Under the pieces are notes generated by a model that ran no database searches, was not told where the DNA came from, and worked only from the letters and a program-made list of their open reading frames with translations. A program made the position numbers and the translations under genes. Below are positions 12,158 through 27,104 of a stretch of DNA of 64,000 nt, in pieces. The stretch is from Octopus vulgaris (taxonomy: Eukaryota): positions 23,684,001-23,748,000 of the forward strand of contig OX597819.1 of NCBI GenBank assembly GCA_951406725.2, given 5' to 3'. Positions within the stretch are counted from its first letter, which is position 1; every line of letters starts with the position of its first letter.

Positions 12158-13227
12158 CGGATCTTTTCTTTTTGAAAGCCAGATTTTTCAGATTTTTCTA
12201 GTTAACTAAATAATTTGAAACTTCGTATACTGGTAGAATGTGTCAAAAGAAAACAATAATTTCAACTAGTTTTTTTGACAAAAATATATTTTATAAGTTT
12301 AAACGTAGTTTAAATCTGCGAATTTTAACCAATCATATAGTCTGTTTTCATTTGAAATTATTAGCTGCATAATGTGACGTAGATAGCTATTTTGTGAGTG
12401 GGTAAGTAGCAAGCAAACTGCTGTGGTAGATGTGGTTATCATGGCAGTGGTGGTAGTGGTGACAGTGGATGTGTATGATGGCAGCAATTATAGTGTTGGT
12501 GTTTTTGTAGAGGTGGTGGTGGTGGTGGTGGCGGCGGCGGCAGTGGATGATGATAATGATGATGATAGTAGTAGTAGCATTGATTATGTTAAGATGTCTC
12601 ATGGATGGTAGTGTTGGTGTGTGTGTGTGTGTGTGTATGTATGGATCAAAACAGTTTGATTCAAATTCTGTGGTACTTATATATTCATACATACATATAC
12701 ATGTAGATGTATATAACATATATATATATTGTATGTAAACATCTTTTATATATATATAATGTATGCATCTATAATACACACACATTATAAATATATACAC
12801 ATATATGCATATGCATTAGAATATGTGTGTATAGGTGTATATATATATATATATGCATATGTTTGTATACATGTGTGTGTAGCTATTTAGGATCTACACA
12901 AATTTTATATATACTCCACGAAGTTTATGATAAGCGGAGATGTTTACATTTTAGTTAGCTATTTATATGTTTACGTTAACTACGTCACAACATAGCTGTT
13001 TACGTCACAGTAACAATATTTTGAGAAGCAGTAAATAATATGAGGCCGAAAGAAAGAATATCATTGGTTAAAATTCGAATTTTTAAACAATGTTAAACTT
13101 AGAAATTACAATTCCGTTTTCATTTTGGTTTACAATTATGTTTTCTTTTGACACATTCTACCAGTATACGAAGTTTCAAATTGTTTAGTTAACTAGGAAA
13201 ATCTGGCTTTCAAAAAGAAAAGATCCG
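12158..13227. mobile_element. Non-autonomous TIR element (MITE-like)
   Basis: Termini CGGATCTTTTCTTTTTGAAAGCCAGAT and ATCTGGCTTTCAAAAAGAAAAGATCCG, with inverted similarity extending about 100 bp inward; related termini at 2926 and 10076. Confidence 0.82.
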
Positions 13228-13983
13228 AAAAAATAACACACAAAACAAAACCTTGACGAATAGCTATTATAACGATGTGACAATTTCACACATCCTACTT
13301 CCGGCGTTCCTGGACAATTTTTACTTCTCATTTTACCGCGGCCCTGTCCCCCAAAAGTACGCGAGCCTACGGATCACTGCTGATTATCAAGACTAACTGT
13401 ACAAAGGCAAGCAAGTACATATCTTGCATGTCCTATACAACAAGCAAGCGGTCGGTCAGTTTATAGAAACCAACAATTCAGGCTCACTTCCTCGCTAACG
13501 AGGTAGTTCGTTCGTCGTTTTGTGGACACTTTATTAAGACTTACAACACCTGGATAACAATAAAAGAGGGAGAGAGAGAGTGGGAGTAAGGGAGAGCGAG
13601 AGAGAGAGAGAGGGGAGAAAGAGGGAGAGGGAGAGAGAAAGAGAGACATAGAGAAAGAGACAGAGCGATCGAGAGAAAAAGAGGGTTTAGGAAATTGCCT
13701 ATCAAAAAAATACGCTTTCTTATATTGTTGTTCTTGTGAATACTCCCCATAATTCATTCAATAATTAATTCATCCTTTCCTTCCTTTCGTCCTTCTTTCT
13801 TCCTTTCTTTCTTTCTTTCTTTCTTTCGTTTTTTCGAATGATATCGATTTCTTCCTAATTATTGCCCACAATATACGCTACTTAACACATCGCCACAGGC
13901 TTGCCAGCATTTAACGGGGACTTGTCTTTACGGTGTAACTAGACCCTTCAGCCCTGTCTGTCTATCTGTCAGTCTGTCTTCAA

Positions 13984-14048
<65 letters not shown>

Positions 14049-14167
14049 AACGCACACATTTAATAACGGATTGATTCAGCTTTACATTACTTGAAGACCC
14101 GTGGGCGTCGAACACTACATCATCATCATCATCAATATCATCAACCTCATCATCATCTTATATCTAT

Positions 14168-14218
<51 letters not shown>

Positions 14219-14500
14219 AATATATATATACATACATGTATACACACATACACAAACACGCACGCACATACATATATGAATATGTATGTATGTATATATA
14301 TTCATGTATATATATATATATATATATACATACATATATAGCATTATATATATATAGATACATGAGAAATCAAGAGACAGGTGTGTATATATATACAAAT
14401 AAGTATATTTACACACACACACACACACACATACACATATACAACTATATCTATAGTTGTATGCGTGTGTATATATGTTTGTATGCGTATTCAACTTTGT

Positions 14501-14596
<96 letters not shown>

Positions 14597-14956
14597 TAAA
14601 TGTGTGTCCCCGACTATATGTGTATATATGTATGCATGTACTTGTCAATGTGTGTACGTTCAGTCAACGACACATTAGCACACACAAGCACGCATAACAT
14701 AAGTGTGTGTAATTTGTCAAAGATTTACACTTTAACCGACAGCGGCTACAAATCATGCACTTATCTACCTTCACTACTGCAACCGAAGAAGGACGCTCTA
14801 GTCCAGGAAGAACAACCCCCGCCGCCCCTCTCCTCCCATCCTTTATTGACGCCTCCCGCAGTTAATGACGGCGCTTAAGTTCCGACTATACTTCCTTATC
14901 TGGCTTACAATTGATGATCAAACGTGTACTGAAGTGTCTGTGCACACGCCAGTGCA

Positions 14957-15030
<74 letters not shown>

Positions 15031-15075
15031 TGTGTGTGTATGTATGTGTGTGTGTGCGCGCGCATGTATATGCAT

Positions 15076-15292
15076 ACTCTTTACTCTTTTACTTGTTTCA
15101 GTCATTTGACTGCAGCGGCTATGCTGGAGCACCGCCTTTAAAGTTGAGCAACTCGACTCCGGGACTTATTCTTTTTGTAAGCCCAGTACTTATTCTATCG
15201 GTCTCTTTTTGCCGAACCACTAAGTGACGGGGACGTAAACACACCAGCATCGGTTGTCAAGCAATGCTAGGGGAACAAACACAGACACACAA

Positions 15293-15337
<45 letters not shown>

Positions 15338-15500
15338 TACGATAGGCTTCTTTCAGTTTCCGTCTACCAAATCCACTCACAAGGCATTGATCGGCCCGGG
15401 GCTATAGCAGAAGACACTTGCCCAAGATGCCACGCAGTGGGACTGAACCCGGAACCATGTAGTTGGGTAGCAAGCTACTTACCACACAGCCACTCCTGCG
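15076..15500 (-). mobile_element. SINE family A, near full length
   Basis: tRNA-like head (reverse strand GGAGTGGCTGTGTGGTAAG...GGTTCAGTCCC), core CTTAGTGGTTCGGCAAAAAGAGACCGATAG, GTAAAAGA tail. Confidence 0.92.
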
Positions 15501-15644
15501 CATCTTTGTGATGTTTATGTATTTGTGTGTCTATGTGATGGAATGAGCCTGTATGTGTCCCTCGGTAATGGGATGGATATTCATTACAGCAGTAGGTGAT
15601 AGTTAGTATATACGTATGGCTATATACATTCACACACACATCGT

Positions 15645-15822
15645 CGCGGCACTCCGTCGGTTACGACGATGAGGGTTCCAGTTGATCCGATCAACGGAAC
15701 AGCCTGCTCGTAAAATTAACGTGCAAAAGGCTAAGCACTCCATAGACACGTGTACTCTTAACGTAGTTCTCGGGGTGATTCAGCGTGGCACAGAGTGTGA
15801 CAAAGTTGGCCCCTTTGAAATA
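15645..15822 (-). mobile_element. SINE family C 3' fragment
   Basis: Matches 35118-35295. Confidence 0.8.
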
Positions 15823-15851
15823 CATACATACATACATACATACATACATAC

Positions 15852-15894
<43 letters not shown>

Positions 15895-15898
<4 letters not shown>

Positions 15899-16200
15899 CG
15901 TGATCACCGTGACCGACGAGATGTGGCTGCACATCGCTGGTCACAATGCGATTCGCATTGTTTTAGCCTTCAATTGACGCCACCCCGCTGGCTAAGCGAG
16001 CAGCCCAACAGAAGAAAGAGTGAGAGAAAGTTGTGGAGAAAGAGTACAGCAGGGATCGCCACCTCCCCCTGCCGGAGCCTCGTGGAGCTTTAGGTGTTTT
16101 CGCTCAATAAACACTCACAACGCCCGGTCTGGGAATCGAAACCGTGATCCTACGACCGCGAGTCCGCTGTCCTAAACACTGGGCCATTGCGCCTCCACAT
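15895..16200 (-). mobile_element. tRNA-derived SINE (family D)
   Basis: Reverse strand GTGGAGGCGCAATGGCCCAGTGTTTAGG (A box-like) and GGTTTCGATTCCC (B box-like); tandem CACGGTGA(T) at the 3' end. Confidence 0.78.
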
Positions 16201-16201
16201 G

Positions 16202-16233
<32 letters not shown>

Positions 16234-16246
16234 ATATGTATATATG

Positions 16247-16282
<36 letters not shown>

Positions 16283-16309
16283 ATATAAATATATATATGT
16301 GTGTATCTA

Positions 16310-16475
16310 TGTGCAAGTATGTCTGTTTGTCCCCTAGCATCGCTTGACAACCGATGTTGGTGTGTTTACGTCCACGTAACTTAGCAGTTCGGCAAAAGTG
16401 ACCGATAGGATACGTACTAGGCTTACAAAGAATACGTCCTGGGGTCGATTTGTTCGGCAAAAGGCGGTGCTCCTG
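16310..16475 (+). mobile_element. SINE family A 3' half
   Basis: CATCGCTTGACAACCGATGTTGG...CTTAGCAGTTCGGCAAAAG...GGCGGTGCTCC. Confidence 0.82.
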
Positions 16476-16515
16476 TATAGCTCTCTCCATATATATATAG
16501 GTGCTATACAGGTGC

Positions 16516-16590
<75 letters not shown>

Positions 16591-16818
16591 TACTTATATA
16601 TATGCATATATGGGCGAAGGACGTGGAGTAATCACATAAATACAAAACAAGGTGGAAAAAGAGGTGGCAAATTATAGCATTGGAATACCGGTGTTAGAGT
16701 AATATGCTGTAATAAAAGTGTATACATACATGCATACATACATACTTACATACATACATGCATGCATACATACATACATGCATTCATACATACCCCCCCC
16801 CCACACATATATGCATGC

Positions 16819-16857
<39 letters not shown>

Positions 16858-17126
16858 ATTCTTTGGTCTTGAACGACAAATAAGTAAAATAAAGCGGTAA
16901 TGATGTTTTATGGATGCGAATGTGTCATTTGAGGCCTTCTAGTGCCCAACAGACCTTTACTCAGTATGCTCGAGTGCTTGTATATCGTTTGCAACCAGAA
17001 TGACTAGTTATATATATATAACAATGGCTAGTTATATATATATATATATATATATTAGCCATTACCCACTAAAACAACCTGTACTCTTTCGCTACAACTT
17101 CCTCTCACTCTCTCTTCCTGTTTCTT

Positions 17127-17242
17127 GAGTAACGCTGCGATGGATTGGCGTCACGTCCAGCTGGGGGGATACACATACGCCACAGAGACCGGGAAACCGG
17201 GCCCATGAGCCTGGCTGGGTTTGAAAAGGGCGACAAAAAAAA
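17127..17242 (+). mobile_element. 3' fragment of the V-SINE-like element
   Basis: GAGTAACGCTGCGATGGATTGGCGTC...GGGAAACCGGGCCCATGAGCCTGGCT matches 36579-36680. Confidence 0.75.
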
Positions 17243-17472
17243 GCATTAAATACATGAACACTAACTATTCTGTAAAATAATAAATGGAAATGAAAGTCAT
17301 ATCCTATTTGCGCATGCTCAAATGGATATTAGAAAGATGATTGCCGTATCGATGTGAATCTCACATTATTGTAATATAAACAGTTGTTGCATTTACACAA
17401 TTTTCTAGAACATGTTTGAAGCATTTAACACTTTGTCGCAGGAGAATTGATACGAAATTATGAAACAATCAA

Positions 17473-17546
<74 letters not shown>

Positions 17547-17888
17547 TGTGTGTGTATGTGGGTACATTTTTTGCAAAAAAGGGTTTGGCAGTATTTTAGG
17601 AGCCAATTTGATTGACAGTAAATATTAAACTTGTTGGCAAAATATCAGAAACATTAGGATTTGAGAAGAACCAAACATTGCCTTCAAAATAACAAGACAA
17701 AAATCGACAAGCATCTCTCCTCACAACGGATTAGGTAAAAAAATAAAGCAACTGAAAATTGAAATATAATTATATCATTTTAGGTTATCAAATTTTATTC
17801 GAAAACAATTTCCACATGCTAGAGAGTTGAATCGATTGTGTCGGACAATATACCTTGTGGAAGCTGGTAAACTACCTTCGCGTTCTGA

Positions 17889-17889
17889 G

Positions 17890-17930
<41 letters not shown>

Positions 17931-18071
17931 CTTCTTCTTCTTCTTCTTCTTCTTCTTCTTCTTCTTCTTCTTCTTCTTCTTCTTCTTCTTCTTCTACTTC
18001 TTCTGCTTCTTCTTCTGCTTCTGCTTTTTCTTCTTCTTCTTCTTCTTCTTCTTCTTCTTCTTCTTCTTCTT

Positions 18072-18130
<59 letters not shown>

Positions 18131-18181
18131 CATTCTACTTTTCTTCTTCTTCTTCTTCTTCTTCTTCTTCTTCTTCTTCTT

Positions 18182-18212
<31 letters not shown>

Positions 18213-18290
18213 TTATTATTATTATTATTATTCTACTTTTCTACTTTTTCTTCTTCTTCTTCTTCTTCTTTTTCTTCTGCTTCTTCTTCT
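17889..18290. repeat. Compound trinucleotide tract (GTT)n-(CTT)n-(ATT)n
   Basis: Directly visible. Confidence 0.97.
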
Positions 18291-18466
18291 TGTGTAAATT
18301 AGTGAAGGGCCTAAACACTAGTCTGAAAGGCGGGAGTGTCCTCTGAATTTCTTACCAGTACCAGATGACCATTGGAGTCCATGTAATCGACTTAACCTCC
18401 TCCTTCAAATTGCTGGCATTGTACCAGAGTTTGAAACCTATATCTTTCTATCTAAAGATCTATCTG

Positions 18467-18563
<97 letters not shown>

Positions 18564-18702
18564 ATTGTTCTGTTGTATTTGTAGGAATATATAAATATAT
18601 GCATATTTATGTGTATATGTATATCTCTGTGAGTGTGTATATATATATATATGTGTGTGTGTATGTATATATATTATATATACACACATATATATATATA
18701 TG

Positions 18703-18739
<37 letters not shown>

Positions 18740-19384
18740 TTGTTACGTGCATTATATATACATATCTGTATGTATGTGCGTGTTACGTACTCAAATAATA
18801 CATATGTAAGGTTTTTAAGGTTGGTTTACAGCGAACATACATACATGCATACATATATATGCATGTGTACTTATATAAATACGTTCGAACACACAAACGT
18901 ACACACATCCGTACACACATACGTGTATACGAACCTACATACATACATACATACATACATACATACATACATACATACATACATACATACATACATACAT
19001 ACATACATACATACATTCATACATACAAACAGATACGGACAGAAACAAATTGTATCATCCTTTAGATATCCGCATCAGAGTTGGGTCAATCTGCAATAAA
19101 CACATTGCTTGTGTTAATTTACTTGCCAGCAGATGTCACTATAATTATCACGGTGTCAAAACGAAATAAGAAAGATGGCCGTGCAAAACGGGAAGACACC
19201 GTGTGATTAGAGGCGACACGATAGCAAAACATTGACGTAGAAGAGTGGAAATGAAGAAAGAAGAGAGAAATAAAGTGACAAATATAAAAACAAAGACAAT
19301 ATCAACAGAAAATGAATAAAGACATAATAAAACCACAAAAGTAAACAATATAATGATAGATTTCAATGTCTTAATACATACTGA

Positions 19385-19455
<71 letters not shown>

Positions 19456-19539
19456 TATATATACACATACACAAATACACACATATATATCCCCATTTAC
19501 ACACATGTCTGTACATACATATATATATTTTTCGCTTTT

Positions 19540-19730
19540 CTTCTTACTTGCTCCAGTTGACTGTGGCCATGCCGGAGTATCGCCTTTAGTCGAACTAATC
19601 AACCCCAGGACTAATTCTTTGTAGACCTAGTACTTATTCCATCCGCCTCTTTTGCCGCACCGCTAAGTTATGCGGACGTAAACACACCAACGTCGGTGTG
19701 GGATGGTGGTGGAACAATCAGACACAGAAA
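19540..19730 (-). mobile_element. SINE family A 3' half (diverged)
   Basis: GGCCATGCCGGAGTATCGCCTTTAGTCG...CCGCTAAGTTATGCGGACGTAAACACACC. Confidence 0.78.
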
Positions 19731-19742
19731 TACATAATACAT

Positions 19743-19839
<97 letters not shown>

Positions 19840-19896
19840 TGTATGTATGTACATATATACATATATATATATGTATATGTATATGTGTATAATAGA

Positions 19897-20733
<837 letters not shown>

Positions 20734-21645
20734 TAACTTAGAATAACTTAGAAAGGTTTTTGGCCAGTATTGGCCCAGGCCATGTCTAACTTAATAGCAC
20801 CACCTGGCGAAGTCTTTCAGTTCAGGATTTGGGCACCAAGGCCCATTCGAGCAGAGAGTTATTGTTTGCGGAGACATATCCGGGTGTGGATGGTTTGTCC
20901 GGTACTGTTTGAAGGAATTTGTCCAAAGACTTCTTGAATTTTGTGTGGTCAGTTTCTTTTTTGACGTGTCCTGGTGTAATGTTGAAGAGAGCGGGTCCAA
21001 TTGAGGTGAAATAGTTGTGCCGTATTGTCGTTATGTGATGCGATTTAGATTTTTGTTGTGGACGGATGGCACGTGGTCCAAGCCTTGGATGCATTTTGAA
21101 GGTGATGCCAACATCATTCGGACAGTGCTGATGGAATATTTTCCACATCATACAGATAATGTAGCGTTCACGGCGTCGTTGGAGTGAATACAATTTCAGC
21201 TTCTCTAGTCTACCCCAGTAGTCAAGGTCTGACATGCCATCTATCTTTTTTGTGATTGACCTTTGGGGAGCTTCAATTCTCATAATATTTTGTTTTGTGT
21301 AGGGAGACCACAGTGGACAGCAGTATTCAAGGTGGGGTCGGGCAAAAGTGGAGAAGAGAAGGATATTAGCGTGGGAATCTCTCGACTGGAAGGTTCTGAG
21401 AATCCAGGAACACATTCTGCGGGCCATGTCAACTTTGCTGCTTATATGTGTAGCCCAGCTTATGTTGTTGTCCACTGTTACTCCCAGGTCTCTGATGTTG
21501 TTGGATGCCATGAGAATTTCTCCAGAAGGAAGAGAGTATGGGAGTTTCAGAGCGTCCTCCCTTCCAAAGTGGATCAGTTCGAATTTGTCTTCATTTAGCA
21601 ACATGTTATTCTTTTCCGCCCATTGGACAACAGCTAGTAGGTCTA
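20734..21645 (-). mobile_element. 5'-truncated CR1-clade LINE: end of RT and ORF2 C-terminus, open from 21645 to 20822
   Basis: WAEKNNMLLNEDKF...IRDLGVTVDNNISWATHI...RPHLEYCCPLWSPY...IEAPQR...SLQRRRER motifs typical of CR1/Jockey-group ORF2; short 3' UTR ending in tandem (TTCTAAGTTA)2. Confidence 0.92.
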
Positions 21646-21833
21646 TAATATATATATATGTATAATATAATATAATATATATATATATATGTATAATATA
21701 ATATAATATAATATATATATATATGTATAATATAATATAATATATATATATATGTATAATATTATACATATATATATATATATATATATGTATAATATAA
21801 TATCATATATATATATATATGTATATATGTATA

Positions 21834-21923
<90 letters not shown>

Positions 21924-22086
21924 AATATAATATAATATAATATATATATATATGTATGGATGTATTTCTGTGTCTGTGTTTGTTCCACCAACAACCTACA
22001 TCGATATTGCTGTGTTTACGTCCGCGTATTTATATTATTTATATTATTATATGATCGAACGCCACGCATCCTTTTTCAAGTAACTT

Positions 22087-22167
<81 letters not shown>

Positions 22168-22325
22168 CGATGGGTTTCTTTCAGTTTCCGTCTACCAAAT
22201 CCACTCACAAGGCTTCGGTCGGCCCGAGCCTATAGTAGCAGACACTTGTCCAAGGTGCCACGCAGAGGCACTGAACCCAGAACCATGAGGCTGGGAAGCA
22301 AGCTACTTACCATACATCCACTCCG
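22168..22325 (-). mobile_element. SINE family A head fragment
   Basis: TCAGTTTCCGTCTACCAAATCCACTCACAAGG...GAACCATGAGGCTGGGAAGCAAGCTACTTACC. Confidence 0.8.
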
Positions 22326-22329
22326 TATA

Positions 22330-23141
22330 ATAAACAAGTGTTTTCACTCTACTATCAAAACTCACACTATAACAACTCTAAATACACGAGTGCCCAACAT
22401 GTATACGACTCCAGCATTGAACCCCATACGTTAGACCACAACCATAACCCTACCCATCCTATTAACACTACCCAGAATACTACCACAACTTCCATCACCC
22501 TTACAGATGAAATAATTAACAACAACGATAGCAATAATAACAAATAATAGTAATAATAATATTAATAATAATAATAACTTGTACCTTTCTACCCCCATCT
22601 CTAGCCTCTCCTCTGACAGACTTACCTCCTTCATTACTGAAAATAATCCCCAAAATACACCCACTTGTAACTGCCGCCCTGGGTCCATGCGCCCTCTACA
22701 AACCCATTATAAAAGATCCAGTGTAATTTATAAATCACCGTCGTCAACACATTACACAATTCTACAGCTATATATATAGGATCAACCATAAATTTTAATC
22801 AGCGATATGCCGCTCATCTCAATTCTTTTAAATGTGAGAAACACAGTAAATCCACAACACTCGCCAGTTACGTACATCATCTCAAAAATAGAAATATTCC
22901 CTACACTTCGTCATTGTCCATAATAGATTCAGGGCTTCCATACCAAGGTCAACGCTTAGCCTGTAAGTTATGTCTTAAAGAGGCATTCAACATATTAAAA
23001 CACAACTCCTCAACACTACTAAACAAATATGATGAGGCCCTAAGTACATGTAACCACCGCTTTTTTCATACCTTCAAATTTTACTACAAATCTAAATGCA
23101 ACCTAAATAACCACGCAGTATATATCCACAACACGCCATAG
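22330..23141 (+). pseudogene. Penelope-like element relic: Cys-rich linker plus GIY-YIG endonuclease, frameshifted
   Basis: TCNCRPG..PL...SSVIYK, then after a frameshift near 22772 YIGSTINFNQRYAAHLNSF...STTLASYVHHLK...CKLCLKEAFNIL...LLNKYDEALSTCNH. Confidence 0.85.
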
Positions 23142-23316
23142 GTAATCAACAACCCTGCTTATCTCCATTTAAATTTTTAATCTTTAACTAACTCCCCATC
23201 TTACTTTAAGGATCACAATCATTTAATATTACAAATGTGGACATACAAGCAGATACATGTGTGTGTAAATGTGTGCGCAGGTATTTTATGTATGCATGCA
23301 TTTGTATGTGGGTATC

Positions 23317-23520
23317 TCTTATATAAAATCCGTTCTATCTGTGTATGTGTGTGTGTGTGTGTGTCTGTATATCTTATCGGATCTCGGGCATCCTCCATCC
23401 GATTGCGCTCAAATTTGATATGTAGATACCGACGGTATCAGGGCGTGATTAAGTCGTGAAAAAATTGCAAAAATCGATTCCAGGTGAGAATGCGATCTAT
23501 AGAGCCGTGGGAAATTGTTT
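23317..23520 (+). mobile_element. Probable Helitron 5' end (separate family)
   Basis: TCTTATATAAAATCC followed by a TG-rich tract and CATCCGATTGCGCTCAAATTTG, a typical non-autonomous Helitron 5' layout; 3' end not found. Confidence 0.45.
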
Positions 23521-24532
23521 TTCTTTGGTTGCACAATCGACTATATGGCGCTGGTAGGAGTTGCTTCCCTTAACACCAAGCATGCATATTTCATACACAG
23601 TCGATCATTTTTCTTTCTTTTTCTTTTTCAACTACTGTTGAGTGCCAAACAAATTTGCCAAACTCAATTTAGTTACCTCCCTTTACAATCTGAGGCGACG
23701 CGTCCTGCGTGTTGTTTTTGTACTGCTTAAAGGCACGTTTCTTTCCTGCCAAGCTTACTGTTTAAACCATGTTTGTGTTCTCCCAGTCAACAGCCTTATC
23801 ATTACTGGTACTTTAAACTCTTCGGTTGCATATTTGTGTAAATAAAATCGTTTTTCTTTGGAATAGAAAAAAGTCTATCTCTATTTCTTATTTTGCTGGT
23901 GTCTCAAATTTAGGTTAAGTGTTTCTCAAAGGGGAGGCCTATGGGACGGTTGGACAAGTTGTTTTAAGAAAATTTGGTTTAGATGTTTGACAACTCAGCA
24001 CCGTCCATTGGACGGGGGTCGTTTTGCTCGTATATATATATATATATATATATATATCTTCCCTCCACTTCAAATTTTACTACCAAAACTACTATTCACT
24101 TCGGTATCACCCACCCATACCGTTTCTCTACCCATCCCTTAATGCAGCTCTGTCATATCACCCCTACTCACATATCTCATATTCTTTTACTCCTTACCTT
24201 CTCATCTCTTCCAGTCCCTCCCTACACCTCTCCCATCCTCTCATCACATTATCTTGACCACCAACTAACACTCCTTTTCTCGCTTATTTCACTCATTCTT
24301 CACTTTCTAATCGTACACATCTCTCCTCCCCATTTATCCACAAATATTACCAATACATTCTCAAATTTCATTCACACCGCAAAACCCTTTCGAACCAGCA
24401 ACACTGATTCCACGGCTCCATATTTGAAATGACTAAACATGAACCGCTATTGGAATTTATATACCATGTACAGGAAACTTTTTTACCACTTCTATACACT
24501 ATTTCCCTCGAATAATGGAACTACAGCCACAA

Positions 24533-24790
24533 TGTAGTAAAGATTGTTTGCCAATATAACATAGCAGTCCTGGTTTAGGTCTAATGTTGCTGTAATTTAA
24601 CTCCAGGAGACATCGTCTCCAGCAGTCTGTACGACACGATCTGTGTCCTTATATTTTCGAACAAGGGAATATAAGGACACAGATTCTGTTGTATAGCCAG
24701 CTGGAGACGATGTCTCCTGGGGATAAATTACAGCAACATTAGTCCTAAACCAGGACCGCCATGTTATGTTGGCAAAGAATCTTTACTACA
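24533..24790. repeat. 258-bp fold-back palindrome
   Basis: TGTAGTAAAGATT...GTGTCCTTATATT, short loop, AATATAAGGACAC...AATCTTTACTACA. Confidence 0.9.
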
Positions 24791-24951
24791 AAGTACTGTT
24801 GCTGAATATCTCACGTTGTGAGATTTAAAAATAGTAATTTTGCGACTACAATATCTTATATATCTTGCATATCTTGTTTCTACTTTCATTCTCTTATTTC
24901 CCTCTATACTCCTTTTCCACAATAATTCGAACTCAAATATTTTCTCACACC

Positions 24952-24999
24952 GTTTCTGATGAAGAGATGTCCATAATATCCCAGAAACAGCTGTAAGAC
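24952..24999 (+). ncRNA. Minimal type I hammerhead ribozyme motif (Penelope type)
   Basis: GTTT-CTGATGA-imperfect stem II-GAAA-CAGCTG-TA-AGAC, with palindromic stem III ACAGCTGT. Confidence 0.62.
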
Positions 25000-25072
25000 C
25001 TTGGTTTTATCTCATTCTGTTTAATATATATATATATACGCACGCACACACACATACATACACACACGCACG

Positions 25073-25126
<54 letters not shown>

Positions 25127-25128
25127 CG

Positions 25129-25209
<81 letters not shown>

Positions 25210-25659
25210 TTGTGTGTGTGTGAGTGTGTTTATGAGTGTATGTGTGAGTGAGTGTGAGTGTGTATAATGTTACGGAAGACTATTCTCCGCGTTATTTCAT
25301 TTTAGTTTCTTATGCTTCTTTTCGCTCAAATTCCGTAAAGGTCAACATTGCTCTTTCATCACTCTGGGATCTATTAACTATAGTAACAGTGAATTAATGA
25401 GGCAATGGTGTCGACTTAAGTCACCGCCCCCTTATAAATAGCCGGGCTTGATTAAAACCCTCCTCCTCCTCTTATTCATTAAAACCATATATACATGTAA
25501 ATTTTTTTAAATACCATAACGATATAAAAATAATAATGACAAAATCTTTGCGTATTGTTGTTTTGCTTTATGCGCGCGCACACACACACACAAACACACG
25601 CAAATATGTATATGAATATGTATGTATATATACATACATATATATAAATATATATTTTT

Positions 25660-25855
25660 TACTTTTTACTTTTTACTTGTTTCAGTCCTTTGACTGCGGC
25701 CATGCTGGAGCACCGCCTTTAGTTAAGCAAATCGACCCCGGGACTTATTCTTTGTAAGCCCAGTACTTATTCTATCGGTCTCTTTTGCCGAACCGCTAAG
25801 TGACGGGGACGTAAACACACCAGCATCGGTTGTCAAGCAATGCTAGGGGCACAAA

Positions 25856-25895
<40 letters not shown>

Positions 25896-26050
25896 AATAT
25901 ATATATACATATATACGACAGGCTTCTTTCGGTTTCCGTCTACCAAATCCACTCACATAGCAGAAGACACTTGCCCAAGATGCCACGCAGTGGGACTGAA
26001 CCCGGAACCATGTGGTTGGTTAGCAAGCTACTTACCACACAGCCACTCCT
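25660..26050 (-). mobile_element. SINE family A, near full length with a small internal deletion
   Basis: Same head, core and tail as 60505-60943. Confidence 0.92.
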
Positions 26051-26055
26051 GTATG

Positions 26056-26138
<83 letters not shown>

Positions 26139-26163
26139 GTACATATATATATATATGTATATA

Positions 26164-26212
<49 letters not shown>

Positions 26213-26243
26213 GTATATATATATATGTATATATATATATATG

Positions 26244-26314
<71 letters not shown>

Positions 26315-26427
26315 ATATATATATATATATGTATATATAATTGAGGATAAAATCTTTAAAAGAAATTATCAGGAGTCAGCGTGAAAAACCTCGTAAGAGA
26401 AAAAATAGTAGTACCCTCAATATGATA

Positions 26428-26499
<72 letters not shown>

Positions 26500-26647
26500 T
26501 ATAAGTTCCGTTAAAGGTTAAAAACCTCATTAAAGGATAATAAAATCAATGAATATACTGGTTTATTACCTATTACAAAAAGTATTGAATATTACATTTA
26601 ATATTCAACTGTAAGGTAATCAGATAAACCGGGATTTATATATATTT

Positions 26648-27001
26648 TTAAGAAAATAAGAAAATAGAGATAATTAAATTAATAATTGTTTATTAATTAC
26701 AAAATTGGACATCATCTCTGACAACTTAGTGGAAAAAAATATACTCTTATATTTTCATATTATTGTGTGTTGAGTATAGGGAACAAATCCATTAACTTAG
26801 TGGATTTGCTCCCTACACTCAACACACAATAATATGAACATGTAAGGGTATATCTTTTTTCCACCTCCGATGAGATTTAACTTTGAAATGTTTTTAATTA
26901 TACTAATAAATTTATAAAGTCTTGAATCGAAACAGCTGTCAGAGATGATGTCCAATTTTGTAATTAATAAATAATTATTAATTTAATTTTCTCTATTTTC
27001 T

Positions 27002-27003
<2 letters not shown>
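26648..27003. mobile_element. Fold-back Penelope-like remnant with a hammerhead-like motif in one arm (26864-26945)
   Basis: Outer arms 26648-26723 and 26937-27003, inner palindrome 26730-26863; CCGATGA-GATT...AATC-GAAA-CAGCTG-TC; stem I is weak. Confidence 0.62.
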
Positions 27004-27033
<30 letters not shown>

Positions 27034-27104
27034 TCTTCGTTTTGCAAAATTCCTGATGTGAATTCGTGTTGAAACAGATATTGTTGTATTTGGGGGATGG
27101 GCAT

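Noticed and set aside
14740-14878. Pro-rich GC-richer block as a possible exon
   Set aside because: All three plus-strand frames stop soon, with no clear donor site and no recognisable homology
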